Numbered from the stretch's first letter, positions 1 through 13,106 are shown. The stretch: DNA of 64,000 nt from Octopus vulgaris (GCA_951406725.2 OX597816.1:11842001-11906000); one strand, 5' to 3'. Notes: generated by a model from the letters alone, not told the origin. Made by a program: numbers and translations.

Positions 1-251
1 AATGAAACAAATAAACTTTAAACAGATTCTGTTGTAATAAGCGAATGGAGCAATTACCGATAACATAACACTTGTGTGTGCAAACATATTTTTCTGTCTG
101 TAAATATTAATTCGAAAATATTTTAACACATGTTAATATCTCTGTCAATATATGTATACTCATAAATGTTACATATTTATTATTACACAATTCTCTTAAC
201 GTAAATGACTATTATTTCCAATTTTCACTATGTAAACATCTTTAATCTTAG

Positions 252-323
252 CGGAATGAGTGTTTTGATTATGAAAGCCGTGCAAGTTTACCAGTTTGTG
301 CGTCATCAGCAAGTGATGGCATC
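252..323 (+). CDS. Candidate internal exon (72 nt), product unknown
   Basis: Non-repetitive; acceptor tttaatcttag and donor gtaagt; phase-0 reading RNECFDYESRASLPVCASSASDGI is open (one other frame also open). No family recognised. Confidence 0.3.
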
Positions 324-510
324 GTAAGTTTTACGGTTCTTGATAGAATCTGTATTAGCGCTATATAAACATAGGTGGATATAAATATTAACATATTAAG
401 TATTGTATTAGTACTGATAAATTAAAGTTGAGGATTGCCAGCTTAAATTGTAAACAGATTACTTATAAGAATTATGTGTACATACAGTTGTGGGCGTAGC
501 TGCATATATA

Positions 511-660
511 GGCTCAGGTGTGACTGGGTGGTAAGAAGTTTGCTTCCTAAATACATTGCTCCAAGTTCAGTCCCACTGCCTGGCAAATTGGGAAAGTATC
601 TTCTGCTATTGCCTTGAGCCAACCAAATTCTTGTATGCGGACTTAGTAGATGGAAGCCGA
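511..660 (+). mobile_element. Degenerate 5' part of CORE-type tRNA SINE (family A)
   Basis: Diverged match to the head at 1663 (ggtggtaagaagtttgct...gttcagtcccac...gtagatggaagc). Confidence 0.7.
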
Positions 661-679
661 AAACATCATGTCGTGAAAC

Positions 680-1356
680 CTAAAAAGCACCATTCAAGTG
701 TGATCGTTTTTCACATGCCTTCCTGGCACATGAAAAAACATTCGAGCAAGGTCGTTGCCAGTGCCACAGGACTGGCTCCTGCGTATGTGGCATGTAAAAA
801 AACACCATTTGAGCGTGGCCGTTAACAGTACCACCTGACTGGCCCTCGTGCTGGTGTCACGTAAAAGCACCATTTGAGCGTGGCCGTTAACAGTACCACC
901 TGACTGGCCCTCGTGCTGGTGGCACGTAAAAGCACCATTTGAGCGTGGCCGTTAACAGTACCACCTGACTGGCCCTCGTGCTGGTGGCACGTAAAAGCAC
1001 CATTTGAGCGTGGCCGTTAACAGTACCACCTGACTGGCCCTCGTGCTGGTGGCACGTAAAAGCACCATTTGAGCGTGGCCGTTAACAGTACCACCTGACT
1101 GGCCCTCGTGCTGGTGGCACGTAAAAAGCACCATTTGAGCGTGGCCGTTAACAGTACCACCTTACTGGCCCTCGTGCTGGTGGCACGTAAAAGCACCCAC
1201 TACACTCTCGGTGTGGTTGGCATTAGGAAGGGCATCCAGCTTTAGAAACTCTGCCAGATCAGATTGGTGCCTGGTGCAGCCATCTGGTTCACCAATCCTC
1301 AGTCAAATCATCCAACTTATGCTAGCATAGAAAGCAGATGTTAATTGATGATGATG

Positions 1357-1360
<4 letters not shown>
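680..1360 (+). mobile_element. RTE-LINE 3' UTR-derived element (family C) with internal tandem array and (GAT)n tail
   Basis: Ends ...ggttggcattaggaagggcatccagc...aaagcagatgttaattgatgatgat; the same end follows the RTE ORF at 51880-52898. Confidence 0.8.
800..1197 (+). repeat. 65-bp tandem repeat, about 6 near-identical copies
   Basis: ggccctcgtg recurs at 841, 906, 971, 1036, 1101 and 1167; no spacers. Confidence 0.95.
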
Positions 1361-1411
<51 letters not shown>

Positions 1412-1419
1412 TATATGTA

Positions 1420-1454
<35 letters not shown>

Positions 1455-1662
1455 CTTTGTGTCTGTGTTGTCCCCTACCACCACGTGACAACTGGTGTTG
1501 ATTTGTTTACGTCTCTGTAACTTAGTGGTTCGGCAAAAAAGACCGATAGGTTAAGTACTGAGCTTAAAACAAGAATAAGCATTGGGATCAATTCATTGAC
1601 TAAAGTTCTTCAAAGTGGTGCCAAGCTTTATATATATCTATTAATATTTAGCAGAATTTTAA

Positions 1663-1827
1663 GGCGCAGGAGTGGCTGTGTGGTAAGTAGCTTGCTAACC
1701 AACCACATGGTTCCGGGTTCAGTCCCACAGCGTGGCACCTTGGGCAAGTGTCTTCTGCTATAGCCTCGGGCCGACCAAAGCCTTGTGAGTGGATTTGGTA
1801 GACGGAAACTGAAAGAAGCCTGTCGTA

Positions 1828-1869
<42 letters not shown>

Positions 1870-2085
1870 CGTGTGTATATGTTTGTGTGTCTGTGTTTGT
1901 CCCCCTAGCATTGCTTGACAACCGATGCTGGTGTGTTTACGTCCCCGTCACTTAGCGGTTCGGCAAAAGAGACCGATAGAATAAGTACTGGGCTTACAAA
2001 GAATTTGTCCCGGGGTCGATTTGCTCGACTAAAAGGCGGTGCTCCAGCATGGCCGCAGTCAAATGACTGAAACAAGTAAAGAGAG
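1663..2085 (+). mobile_element. Full-length CORE-type tRNA SINE (family A; resembles octopus OR-type SINEs)
   Basis: A box tggctgtgtgg, B box gggttcagtcc, CORE-like gcaccttgggcaagtgtc, internal (TA)n(TG)n; near-identical copies at 11447, 32625, 35485 and 60848. Confidence 0.9.
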
Positions 2086-2371
2086 AAATGACAGTGACTC
2101 AAGATCTGAGTGCTTCATGCGTTGGCGCTTATCAAACTAGTTTGATAAGGACCGACACGTGAAACTTCCGTACCTTGAGTCATTTTGTTACTTCTGCTAA
2201 ATATTAATTAAAATATACACCTACTCGTTTTTTTTATGAGTGTTACTCGCATGTATTCATGTATTTATGCAGTTTATCTGGTAGCTTTGTAATGCTTGGA
2301 TATTAATTTGGTTTTTAAGCAGATAAGTCTTGTTTTGACTCTCTCCATTAAAATTATTATATATATATATT

Positions 2372-2426
<55 letters not shown>

Positions 2427-2446
2427 GTGTATGTATTTATATATGT

Positions 2447-2509
<63 letters not shown>

Positions 2510-2822
2510 CATATATAATTATTAATTTAATATATAAATTGCTATAAATTGCATTTTTCCATGCTGACTACCCGTTATTTATAATTAACGTGATTTTTAT
2601 CCTCATTTTATGAATATATACAAACCCCTTTTGAATGCATCCACAACCAATGACATATTCACAGGGCCTTAGAATAAGACTCACGCAAATATTAAAACTG
2701 ATACATTCAAAACAGTTACCCCAAGAATTTATTCAGAGCATTTCCAATCACTACTGTCATCCACTAGTCACTTTTAGGTCACTTGACCATTTAACATCCT
2801 GCTACTCTCATACCACTCTCAC

Positions 2823-2947
2823 ATTCTTCTTCTTCTTCTTCTTCTTCTTCTTCTTCTTCTTCTTTTTCTTCTTCTTCTTCTTCTTCTTCTTCTTCTTCTT
2901 CTTCTTCTTTTTCTTCTTCTTCTTCTTCTTCTTCTTCTTCTTCTTCT
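2823..2947. repeat. (TTC)n microsatellite
   Basis: Direct observation. Confidence 0.97.
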
Positions 2948-3039
2948 CCGCCACCTCCTTTCTCTACTACTACTGCTGCTTAAACAATCAAAGACCAGAA
3001 TTCATATCAAACTATTACTAGCTGCTGCTAACTTCCTAG

Positions 3040-3664
3040 AACCCACAGGAATAAAAAAGAGAGGCAGCGACATGCAGAAAAATGGAAAATGCCCCTTGCT
3101 ATTGAAAACTATGTAAATATATAATTTTATTTTGGTGGGATATGAAGGTTTTAGTCCACTTTGAACTTTTAAACCCAAACCAAACAATAGCAAAGGAGAT
3201 CTACTGCAAGCGGCTTGAGTGGCTTAAGTCAGTGCTCGAAGAAAAATTAGCATATTTGGTTTCAAGACGAAAGGTGTTCTTCCATCTGGATAATCCTTAG
3301 CCACATTCAGCAACGATGATATTCGAAAGGCTGGAGCAGTTTGAATGGGAAACGATGTCCCATCCACCATATTCGCTGAACATTGTCCCATCTGATTATC
3401 ATTTATTCCACAGTTTTCAAAATCATTTGGACAGAAAAAATATGAATTCTGTAGACGAAGTCAAAACAGTATTAGAGGAGTATTTTTTGTCACAGATAAG
3501 TGAATTTTGGAAGAGGGGTTTTGCAAATCTACCAGATAGATGGAAGAGCATTGTAGAAAATGAAGGAGAGCATATTTTAGATTTAAAAAGAACTTTGTTT
3601 ATCTTAATTATGAAAAATAAAACACGTATAAAAAAACCCACATTATCTATAGGATGACCCAATA
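3040..3664 (+). pseudogene. Decayed mariner transposase C-terminal half with 3' TIR
   Basis: VFFHLDNP*PH...ETMSHPPYSLNIVPSDYHLFHSFQNHL...LPDRWKSIVENEG matches the HDNA and YSPDLAPSD motifs; TIR-like end ggatgacccaata. Confidence 0.9.
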
Positions 3665-3949
3665 CTCGATGCTCATTTGAGCTGATAACAAGTTTCTAAA
3701 TATTCTACATGGGATTATTTCTAGTTTTAATTACTTTGACATTCACCATTACAAATATTTTACTTCACATTTTTTACAATTATAAAAAGTTCGTGATTTT
3801 TTCTGTTTTCCCCATTCCTGTCTTTATTTATCCCCTTTTCTATGGAACTCTTCCATCTACGCTCTCTACAAAGTCTCTAGAATTCTCTACAAAACAAACA
3901 GTAAGTCCTTTTCAAATAAGTCAATTGCATATGACACCCTTCATTTTAA

Positions 3950-4169
3950 CCCTTTTGTTACCATATTTCTGTTGAGATGCACTATGTTTCTTTCAATTTA
4001 AATATAACAAAGAATTTAGTAAAATAACTTAGTTATCATTAAGCTAGTGTTAGGAACATAAATTGTGACTAAGGTTTGGTAGGAAGATTTTAATTCAAAA
4101 CTTATAAAAAAATAAGACATTTGTACTACAGAGCCAGAAGTGGTTTCAGCTGGGTTGGTATCAAAAGGG
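3950..4169. mobile_element. piggyBac-like MITE (TTAA target)
   Basis: ttaa|cccttttg...caaaaggg|ttaa; second copy at 7795-8015. Confidence 0.85.
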
Positions 4170-4193
4170 TTAAATGCAAGTGCCTCTCCTCTA

Positions 4194-4410
4194 CCATTTA
4201 GCATTCAAATTACTTTGTCAATTGTTTTGCTTATTTATCCACTTTGTTTTGAATTAATCATTCATCTCACAGTTTAGAGATTTCGATGACATGACTGTAT
4301 ATTTATGGAATGACATTGTTGTATAGTTCCGAGAGGCTGGATCAGGCCAGTTGGAATGTACAACAGGTAGAATCTTTGGTTCTGATATGTCCAGATTGAA
4401 TGCTAAAGGG
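4194..4410. mobile_element. Second piggyBac-like MITE family
   Basis: TIRs ccatttagcattca / tgaatgctaaaggg followed by ttaa. Confidence 0.7.
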
Positions 4411-5609
4411 TTAAACAGGAATTATGTTTTTGTAAACAACAAAACATTTTCACAGGAAACCCAAAATGCACCAAATAGAATAAGAATGTTCCTACTAGTT
4501 GGCAAAATAAATCTCTTTGCTGAAAACTACAGGTGAAAGAATTCTTGGACTTTTCTCACAACTGTCATTCTTTATTCTTCCAAGCATGTGATGTGACAAA
4601 GTTTCACAAGCAATAAAGTTACAGACTCCATAATTCTGACTCATATTTTGTTCCACCTATCTTCAACTTACTTCAATTCCAAACCATTTAAGGTTCATGA
4701 AATAAATTCTAGACGTATATAGTAAATCTGCTGCCTCAGCACTTACAAATATATATGTCTTTTGTCTGTAGAATAATACAGGCAATCATTATTATAAATA
4801 CTCAATATATATTTAGAAAGACTGTGGTATAAATATATCTGTGCGCAACACAAGTATCTTTCCAATACTTTATGTACTTCCCACGTATTTTATTGCCTGT
4901 AAAACCTACAACTTTCAAACTCGTAAAATCACACATCTCTTCACGATATAAATTCCACAATTCATAATCTTCATGTGTCGCTTAAATAAACATGATTTAC
5001 AAATTTAGAAGCTATTCTTCAAACTTCTTGTCAAAAATCTCTGATGATTAATAAAAATACTTATGTTAAAAAGATGAAAGAAGCACGTAATGCTGTTGAA
5101 AAGACACTTAACAATAGTAATATTTAATTAAAAACACATTTATCTATAACTTCCATTCTTTTCAAATGCCTTCTATAGTTTAAATAAATATATTAAATAT
5201 ATTTTCGCAAAACAATAAACGGAAATTATACAAACACCAAAATATTTCATATATCGTTAACTATATTGTAAATACAATTCCTAAATATAATATTAAAAGT
5301 TTTTAAAAATAATTCTCAAATATCAAAAGGCAATAACGAAGTTGTCTTTGAATTTCGGAAATGTATTTTCTTAAATTTCTAATAGTTATTTTATAACAAC
5401 CAAGAAAATAGGTAATTATGAAACTGTGATGTCTGCTGAGAGAGACAATATTTTGATTCAGATGCAAAAACATTTACAAAATACGAAAAAAAAAAGACAT
5501 TTTTTGCAAATATTTGGTATCACCTGTCATTTCTTGTTAATATTATTGTTAAAATATTTTAACCATACATAATAAACGGCCGGACTCATCCTTCTCATTA
5601 GGTATATTT

Positions 5610-5631
5610 CTATTTCTATCTATCTATCTAA

Positions 5632-5699
<68 letters not shown>

Positions 5700-5700
5700 A
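5610..5700. repeat. (TATC)n microsatellite
   Basis: Direct observation. Confidence 0.95.
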
Positions 5701-5957
5701 CCTACATACATATACATATGTATATATACATGCATATATGGGTACAGGACATAAAAAAACGTTGAACACAATGAGAAACGAAAACTTAAAAACAAAAACA
5801 TAGAAACAAGAGCCAGTCAGGTGGTACTGGCAACGGCCATGCTCGAAATGGTGTTTTTTACGTGCCACCTGCACAGGAGCCAGTGCAGCGGCACTGGCAA
5901 CAACCTCACTCAAATGTTTTTTCACGTGCCACCAGCACAAGTGCCAGTAAGGAGATG

Positions 5958-6016
<59 letters not shown>

Positions 6017-6139
6017 CCAAATTGAGGGAATGGAGCAAGTATAATCCAAGCTGCATATCTTTCCTAGCTAGCAGAACCTCAGAAATAATAATTATTCGAC
6101 TAGGAGTACTCCACTAGCAAACATCAGGCTGAAAATACC

Positions 6140-6367
6140 TATTTCTTTATTACCCACAAGGGGCTAAACATAGAGGGGACAAACAAGGACAGACATAGGT
6201 ATTAAGTCGATTACATCGACCCCAGTGCGTAACTGGTACTTAATTTATCGACCCCGAAAGGATGAAAGGCAAAGCTGACCTCGGCGGAATTTGAACTCAG
6301 AACGTAGCGGCAGACGAAATACCGCTAAGCATTTCGCCCGGCGTGCTAACGTTTCTGCCAGCTCGCC
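6140..6367 (-). mobile_element. tRNA-derived SINE with Nin/Deu-like domain (family B)
   Basis: Minus strand gagctggcagaaacgttagc...gagttcaaattcc...gcctttcatcctttcggggtcgataaattaagtaccag; TSD ctgaaaatacct at 6129 and 6367. Confidence 0.88.
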
Positions 6368-6569
6368 TGAAAATACCTTAGCTAAATGAAGGCTACTTTC
6401 AATAAAATCTCCAGCGAGTTAATTTGGGATCCCTTGACAATGTAACCTTCATTTAACTATGGTATCTTTGACCTTATAAGTATCTTGTTAAGTACCTCTC
6501 GTTGAGTAATTATTACTTCCGAGGTTCTGCTAGTTTGCTTAAACCATGAATTTACTTGATTACTATTGT

Positions 6570-6865
6570 GTCTTCATCATCATCATTGTTCGACCGTGGT
6601 CGAGACAATGGAATTTACTATGCTACGCCAGACTTCACGGTCCATCATGGCATTACGGAGGTCCTGTTGCTGGATGCCTGTATCCCTGGAGATTACATCA
6701 GGGTAGGAGAGTGTGCGTCCTCTGGTATCGCGAGTAGATGGCTTCCAGAGGAGAAGAGTAGAAATTACCTCGTTTTCAGCTCTACCACAATGTCCAGCAA
6801 ACTGGACTCTTCTGCCTTTCACAAGAGATGATACAGGTGGTAATTTCCCATAAAGAGACATGGGA
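6570..6865 (-). pseudogene. 5'-truncated RTE/RTEX-type LINE ORF C-terminus
   Basis: LYGKLPPVSSLVKGRRVQFAGHC...LLLWKP...RGRTLSYPDVI...AMMDREVWR, then a (GAT)n tail. Confidence 0.85.
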
Positions 6866-7343
6866 TGCCTTCCTTTTGTCTTCATTTATTTTCCTCAACT
6901 ATATACTTACTCCCCAGCCTCATTCCACCTTTAACTTGGTTAATCGGGCAGCACTTGAGGCTGGAGGCAAAGTTCAGATCATGATCTTTGATGATGATAT
7001 ATGCATTCCTCCTAGCTAAGGACTCCACTCTGTCAGTTATACATAAAGCGCCAGATAAGCGTTTAACCTTGTTGTTTATGCTATCCTATATATGCGAGAA
7101 AGCCTGTCTATAGTTTCCTGTGATGTTATTCCCTAACAGCTCATCATAACTTCCGGTGTCTGCTCCATACAGGAATTTCTTTTTTCAGAGAAAAGTAAAG
7201 CCCTATCTTAAAGTTTAAGGAGACGTATATTGGTCAATCAAGCGCAGGTTTTGCGCATAGCAAGTGAGCTTACTAAAAAATAATTAGAACCATCAGAATC
7301 AGTATTAATACGAAAGGGTAATATTTATCTCCTATCAAGGCGG

Positions 7344-7729
7344 TGTGGAGGCGCAATGGCCCAGTGGTTAGGGCAGCGGACTCGCAGTCATAGGATCGCG
7401 GTTTCGATTCCCAGACCGGGCGTTGTGAGTGTTTATTGAGCGAAAACACCTAAAACTCCACGAGGCTCCGGCAGGGGATGGTGGTGATCCCTGCTGTACT
7501 CTTTCACCACAACTTTCTCTCACACTTACTTCCTGTTTCTGTTGTACCTGTATTTCAAAGGGCCGGCCTTGTCACTCTCTGTGTCACGCTGAATATCCCC
7601 GAGAACTACGTTAAGGGTACGCGTGTCTGTGGAGTGCTCAGCCACTTACACGTTAATTTCACGAGCAGGCTGTTCCGTTGATTCGGATCAACCGAAACCC
7701 TCGTCGTCGTAACCGACGGAGTGCTTCCA
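7344..7729 (+). mobile_element. tRNA-derived SINE (family D head, tail type 1)
   Basis: A box tggcccagtgg, B box ggtttcgattcc; head shared with 11006-11299 and 24694-24995; tail shared with about 21800-21930 and 59740-59935. Confidence 0.85.
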
Positions 7730-7794
7730 TTAATAAAGGCGGTGCTCCTGCATGGCCACAGTCAAATTGACTGAAAGAAGTAAAAGATTATTAA

Positions 7795-8015
7795 CCCTTT
7801 TGTTACCATATTTCTGTTGAGATGCTCTGTGTTTCTTTCAACTAATTTTAAATATAACAAAAAATTAGTAAAATAACTTAGTTATCATTAAGCTAGTGTT
7901 AGGAACATAAACTGTGACTAAGGTTTGGTGGAAGATTTTAATTCAGAACTTTTGAAAACAAGACATTTGTACTAAAGAGCCAGAGGCGGTTTTAGCTGGG
8001 CTGGGTTCAAAAGGG
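7795..8015. mobile_element. piggyBac-like MITE (copy of 3950-4169)
   Basis: ttaa|ccctttt...aaaaggg|ttaa with high identity to the first copy. Confidence 0.85.
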
Positions 8016-9127
8016 TTAAAAGTGCACATTGTGTTAGAACATAGAGTCCTGCGATGTTTACTGTGAGAAAACCTTTCATACGGTCTTTTGTGATTCTGTG
8101 TATATCACTACTGAGACATTACTTCTGTGTTCAACAGTCGGGTATCTACCAGTGACAAGGCCAAAAAAGGCTGAAATCACGTGATTATGTAGTCGTGGCG
8201 CTAGCAGTAGCGATGATTTGTTTCCTGCCAGCGCTGTAAACAAGAGTACATATATGCACCGAAAGACCACAAGAGAAGTTCTCTTACCGTATTTTGTATT
8301 CTACGGATAAACATTTCCTTCATAAATATAAATACTGTATATATGTATACACACACATACATGTATATACTTGTACACATTCGCACACATTCACCTATGT
8401 AAATGCACATATGCATACAAATACACACCTGTATACAGATCGATGTATTATGTCTAATTTATAGAATCAGCTGTAAAAATCTATATTTGAATATATATTT
8501 ACCATTTAAGAGAGAAATATATTTCTGAATCACAAAATAACTATAATATTACAGGAAAACCAGCGTTAAATAGTTATCATATATAATTATTTAAAATGTT
8601 TTGATAAATATAACTTATCAAAAACTCAAATTATTTGTTTTGCAGACCAGCTGTCTGGTGTCAAAACAGTGTAGAGGTTAAAATGACACAATTAATCTTC
8701 GTCAAAGATAGAAAAATAAATGGTAATTATTTATTTAATAAATATAGTCTGATTGGTTTAGTCTGCTTGATGAGAAGAAGTGGAAACATTCTAATACGGC
8801 GAAGTGCTGAAGTGAAGTGTTGATTGAATTTAATTTTCGAGAAATTTATCAATATTTATGCGTATGTATGTGTGTGTGTATGTGTTTATACGTACGCATA
8901 TAAATGAAAATCGAAATAAAATGGGGAAACGATTACTGCAACATGAGAAAGGACAAATATACATGGAAATCCTCTCATCAGCCATATAGACCAACCTCAG
9001 CATAGTTTCAGATTATTTATAGTCTTTGGACTTTAAATTACATGGTAGTACTTCTCTGGTTGCACCAGTGAAATAGGTAATATCACTGAGGGGATTAACA
9101 AATGTCATATATGTATACACACACACG

Positions 9128-9191
<64 letters not shown>

Positions 9192-9210
9192 CACACATAC
9201 ACACATACAC

Positions 9211-9482
9211 AAGAAGGTAAAAAGAGAGAACATCGAAAGCTTCTGACAAAACGTTTAATAAAACCTCTATATTCCAGTCGCAAAGGTCCATCTTCAAAAG
9301 AAGAAAACAATCTGAGAAAAGTCCAATTATGTTGGTTCCATTTGGGTTAACAGGGTCTGCATAATTGGACTTTTCTCAGACTGTTTTCTTCTGAAGATGG
9401 ACCTTTGCACCTGGAATATAAAGGTCTTATTAAACTTACCTCATTGTCAGAAGCTTTCTATGTTCTCTCTTTATACCTTCTT
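9211..9482. mobile_element. Fold-back element with about 120-bp inverted arms, Penelope pLTR-like
   Basis: 9211-9331 is the reverse complement of 9360-9482; contains ctgaaga-t-ggaccttt...aaaggtct. Confidence 0.7.
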
Positions 9483-9518
9483 CAACTTTACAATGCTTCA
9501 AGCAAACTATAATGCTCC

Positions 9519-9594
<76 letters not shown>

Positions 9595-9608
9595 CACATG
9601 CATACATA

Positions 9609-10095
9609 TATTTCTTTATTGCCCACAGGGTGCTAAATATAGAGACAAACAAGGAGAGACAAAGGGATTAAGTTGATTATGTTGCCCCCAGTGCATAACT
9701 GGTACTTATTTAATTGACCCCAAAAGGATGCGAGGCAAAGTTGACCTCGACGGATTTTGAACTCAGAATGTACCGGCAGAAGAAATAACGCTAAGCATTT
9801 CATCCAGTGTGCTAATGATTCTGCTAGCTCGCCACCATATATATGCATATATATGTATATTTATTTCTTTACTACCCACAAGGGGCTAAACACAGAGAGG
9901 ACAAACAAGGACAGACAAACGGATTAAGTCGATTATATCGAGCCCAGTGTGTAACTGGTACTTAATTTACCGACCTCGAAAGGATGAAAGGCAAAGTCGA
10001 CCTCGGCGGAATTTGAACTCAGAACGTAACGGTAAGACGAAATACAGCTACGCATTTCGCCCAGCGTGCTAACATTTCTGCCAGCTTGCTGCCTT
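9609..10095 (-). mobile_element. Two tandem family B SINEs
   Basis: Two copies (about 9609-9836 and 9862-10095) of the 6140 element. Confidence 0.88.
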
Positions 10096-10555
10096 AATGC
10101 ATATATATGTATATGTGCACATATATATATATGTGAATGTGTGTGTGTGTGTGTGTATGTGTTTGCATGTGTATTATGGTAAAGGAAGTAAATTTCGAAT
10201 GTAGTATAACAATTAACTTTAAGTATTGTTATTTCGCACGTCAGAGCTCTTTCTCAAGTATTACTGGAAAAAAATCTACCCCACTGGCCACCCGTATTCA
10301 CAACCTCGACGGTATTTCCTACAGCATTTCCTGGTTCCTAATTGGTAGTGGAATTCTGTACATGGGAAGCTGAAGACTTTGTAAACCGTGTTGCTGTGAA
10401 TCTAGTTTAAATCACTTCTCTGACATAATTAGCATATGCCACCATAAATATTACAAAACATTCTCTCATTAGCATAAATTTACATATTCTAACAATACAA
10501 ATTATGGCTATTGCATTATTAACCATGTCAGGGTCAGCATTTTTTTTTCCTGCCT

Positions 10556-10905
10556 TTAACCCCCCAGCGCAGAGTATAGGCCACTTATAATTGAATTCCA
10601 TGTCACATAATTTTTCGCTTCTGTACTTATACTCTGCCACGAATGTCCCCCTTTCTCTAGTTCCTTTTGTGTTGATCTCTGCCACGAGTTCTTAGGCCTA
10701 CCTTTCTTTCTATACCCAACCGGTTTCCACTTTAAAGCACTTTTCGCTACATTTGGTGTGTCTTTTCTAATTGTGCTACCAATCCACTTCCACTTTTTCT
10801 TAAATATTTGCTTCCTAATCGAAACTTGATTTCTTCTTTGCCATAGCTCCATATTGCTTATGTGTTCGGGCCATCTAATTTTAAGTATACTACGCAAGCA
10901 TCGGG
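10556..10905 (-). pseudogene. 5'-truncated RTE-clade LINE ORF C-terminus
   Basis: CLRSILKIRWPEHISNMELWQR...KWKWIG...ALKWKPVGYRKKGRPKNSW is a typical RTE C-terminus. Confidence 0.9.
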
Positions 10906-11005
10906 GTCAGTATATTTAGTATAATTGTTAGTCCTTTCATCTGAATTGTATGTGTTATTGTAATCACTATTAGTCTTTAATGACTATACTCTTGTAAGGC
11001 TAAAT

Positions 11006-11299
11006 TTGTTGTTTCTTCCTTCTCGAGCCACACCTGGCTCATAAGGGCTGGTTTCCTGGTTTCCTTGGCGTATAGGTTCCCCACCGGTCTGTTGCAGGTG
11101 AGCTGCAAGATGCAGGAGGAAAGAGTGCGAGAAAGTTATGGCAAAAGAGTCAGCAGAACTTTGCCATTACCTTCTGCTGGAGCCACGTGGAGCTTAGGTG
11201 TTTCGCTCGTAAACACACGCGTCGCCTGGTCTGAGATTCGAACCTGCGATCTTTTGACCGCGAGTCCACTGCTCTAACAACTAGGCCATGTGCCTCCAC
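11006..11299 (-). mobile_element. tRNA-derived SINE (family D head, tail type 2)
   Basis: Minus strand gtggaggcacatggcctagttg...ggttcgaatc...acacctaagctccacg; 3' part differs from the 7344 copy. Confidence 0.8.
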
Positions 11300-11446
11300 T
11301 AAGGATAAAATAGTCATGCTTAGGGTTTTCTCATTTTCCCTGTTTCTGCCTTCTTTTTCCTCTGCTTTTTATTCCCTGCACCCAACATTTTGCTGATCTG
11401 TGTTCTTTGTGTGATTGACACCCTGTTAACATATTTATTTTACATA

Positions 11447-11850
11447 GGCGCAGGAGTGGCTGTGTGGTAAGTAGCTTGCTAACCAACCACATGGTTCCGG
11501 GTTCAGTCCCACTGCGTGGCACCTTGAGCAAGTGTCTTCTACTATAGCCTCGGGCCGACCAATGCCTTGTGAGTGGATTTGGTAGACGGAAACTGAAAGA
11601 AGCCTGTCGTATATATGTATATATATATATGTATTATGTGTGTGTGTTTGTGTGTCTGTGTTTGTCTCCCTAGCATTGCTTGACAACCGATGCTGGTGTG
11701 TCTACGTCCCCGTCACTTAGCGGTTCGGCAAAAGAGAGACCGATAGAATAAGTACTAGGCTTACAAAGAATAAGTCCCGGGGTCGATTTGCCCGACTAAA
11801 GGCGGTGCTCCAGCATGGCCGCAGTCAAATGACTGAAACAAGTAAAAGAA
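11447..11850 (+). mobile_element. Full-length family A CORE-SINE
   Basis: Near-identical to 1663-2085. Confidence 0.9.
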
Positions 11851-11884
11851 AAAAAGAAAGAAAAATTTCTAGAGTAACAAGCTG

Positions 11885-12246
11885 GCACTTTAAAAACACC
11901 ATTCGAGCGTGATCATTACCTGTGTGACCTTACTACCACTTGTACAGGTGGCACGTGAAGAAACATTTGAGCGAGGTTGTTGCCAATGCCACTGGACTGG
12001 CTCCGGTGCAGGTGACACATAAAAAGCACCATTTGAGCATGGCCGTTGCTTGTACCGCCTGACTGGTCCTCGTGCTGGTAGCACATAAAAGCACCCACTA
12101 CACTCTCGGAGTGGTTGGCATTAGGAAGGGCATCCAGCTGTAGAAACTCTGCCAGATCAGATTAGAGTCTGGTGCAGCCATCTGGTTTGCCAGACCTCAG
12201 TCAAAAATCGTTCAACCCATGCTAACATGGAAAGCAGAAGTTAAAC

Positions 12247-12290
<44 letters not shown>
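11885..12290 (+). mobile_element. Family C RTE 3' UTR element with (GAT)n tail
   Basis: Diverged ~65-bp units plus the conserved aggaagggcatccagctgtagaaac end. Further copies near 5810, 15600, 19650, 19970, 26620, 39140, 41290, 45010, 58030, 59430 and 62560. Confidence 0.85.
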
Positions 12291-12291
<1 letters not shown>

Positions 12292-13106
12292 ACAAAATAA
12301 TGTCATTTGATGCATTTAAAAACTTAATCTCGTGTTTATTGGTATTTAGTAAACTGGACTCATGCATAATACATGAACTAGTTTGAAGTACCAGGAAGTG
12401 TTTGCTCAAATACAGTGTAATAACGAGGGCTGTATTTTACATTCGACATGTCTGCATACACACACACACACATCCACACACACATACATGCAAGTTCTAA
12501 GTAGCATTCTGAATGACCACAAGGAGCAAAGACTACAAATTTCAGGTTACAAGTTTCAATGAATGCATTATAAACATAAAAACATTAATCTTAGTAAAAC
12601 GAATTCTATATATTCTGCAAACTAAATTTACCAGACAAATTCTTGATTTCTGAGAAACAGCAAGCACTGCTGACCCTGCGGATGTTATGGCGGAAAGAAA
12701 TGACACATCAGAAAGGACCTTTAGAAATATATTTTATGTCCGTATCTAGTATATATTAAAGTTTATTACTGTTGAATTGGTTGCTTCATATATTCAAAAT
12801 AAAAATAGAAATAACGGTTCTAAATTAGTTGGGAAATTTGTTTCAAAACTTTGGATTGTGTTATTGTGTCCCACGAAGAAAAATCTACCCCACCACACAG
12901 TCACAGCAGGATATTTATTAATTGTAAAACTAATACGATATAACTATGTTAACATATCTTCTCTTTCGATGGATATTGGTAATAAAATATCAGGAATTAG
13001 TTTAGGAGAGGCCGTGCTATAGTCGGACTGGAGAGGATTTCCTTTTGGCTGATGTAGAAGTGACACTTGATGCTTGGCTCTCCCTCCAATCTCTCTCCTC
13101 GTCTTT

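Noticed and set aside
800-1197. CRISPR-like array
   Set aside because: Units are contiguous and near-identical with no unique spacers; no cas genes; eukaryotic LINE 3' UTR context.
3316-3657. Intact or domesticated transposase (SETMAR-like)
   Set aside because: Upstream stop and frameshifts, N-terminal half missing and no SET domain.
7348-7420. tRNA gene
   Set aside because: SINE head continuing into a repeated body.
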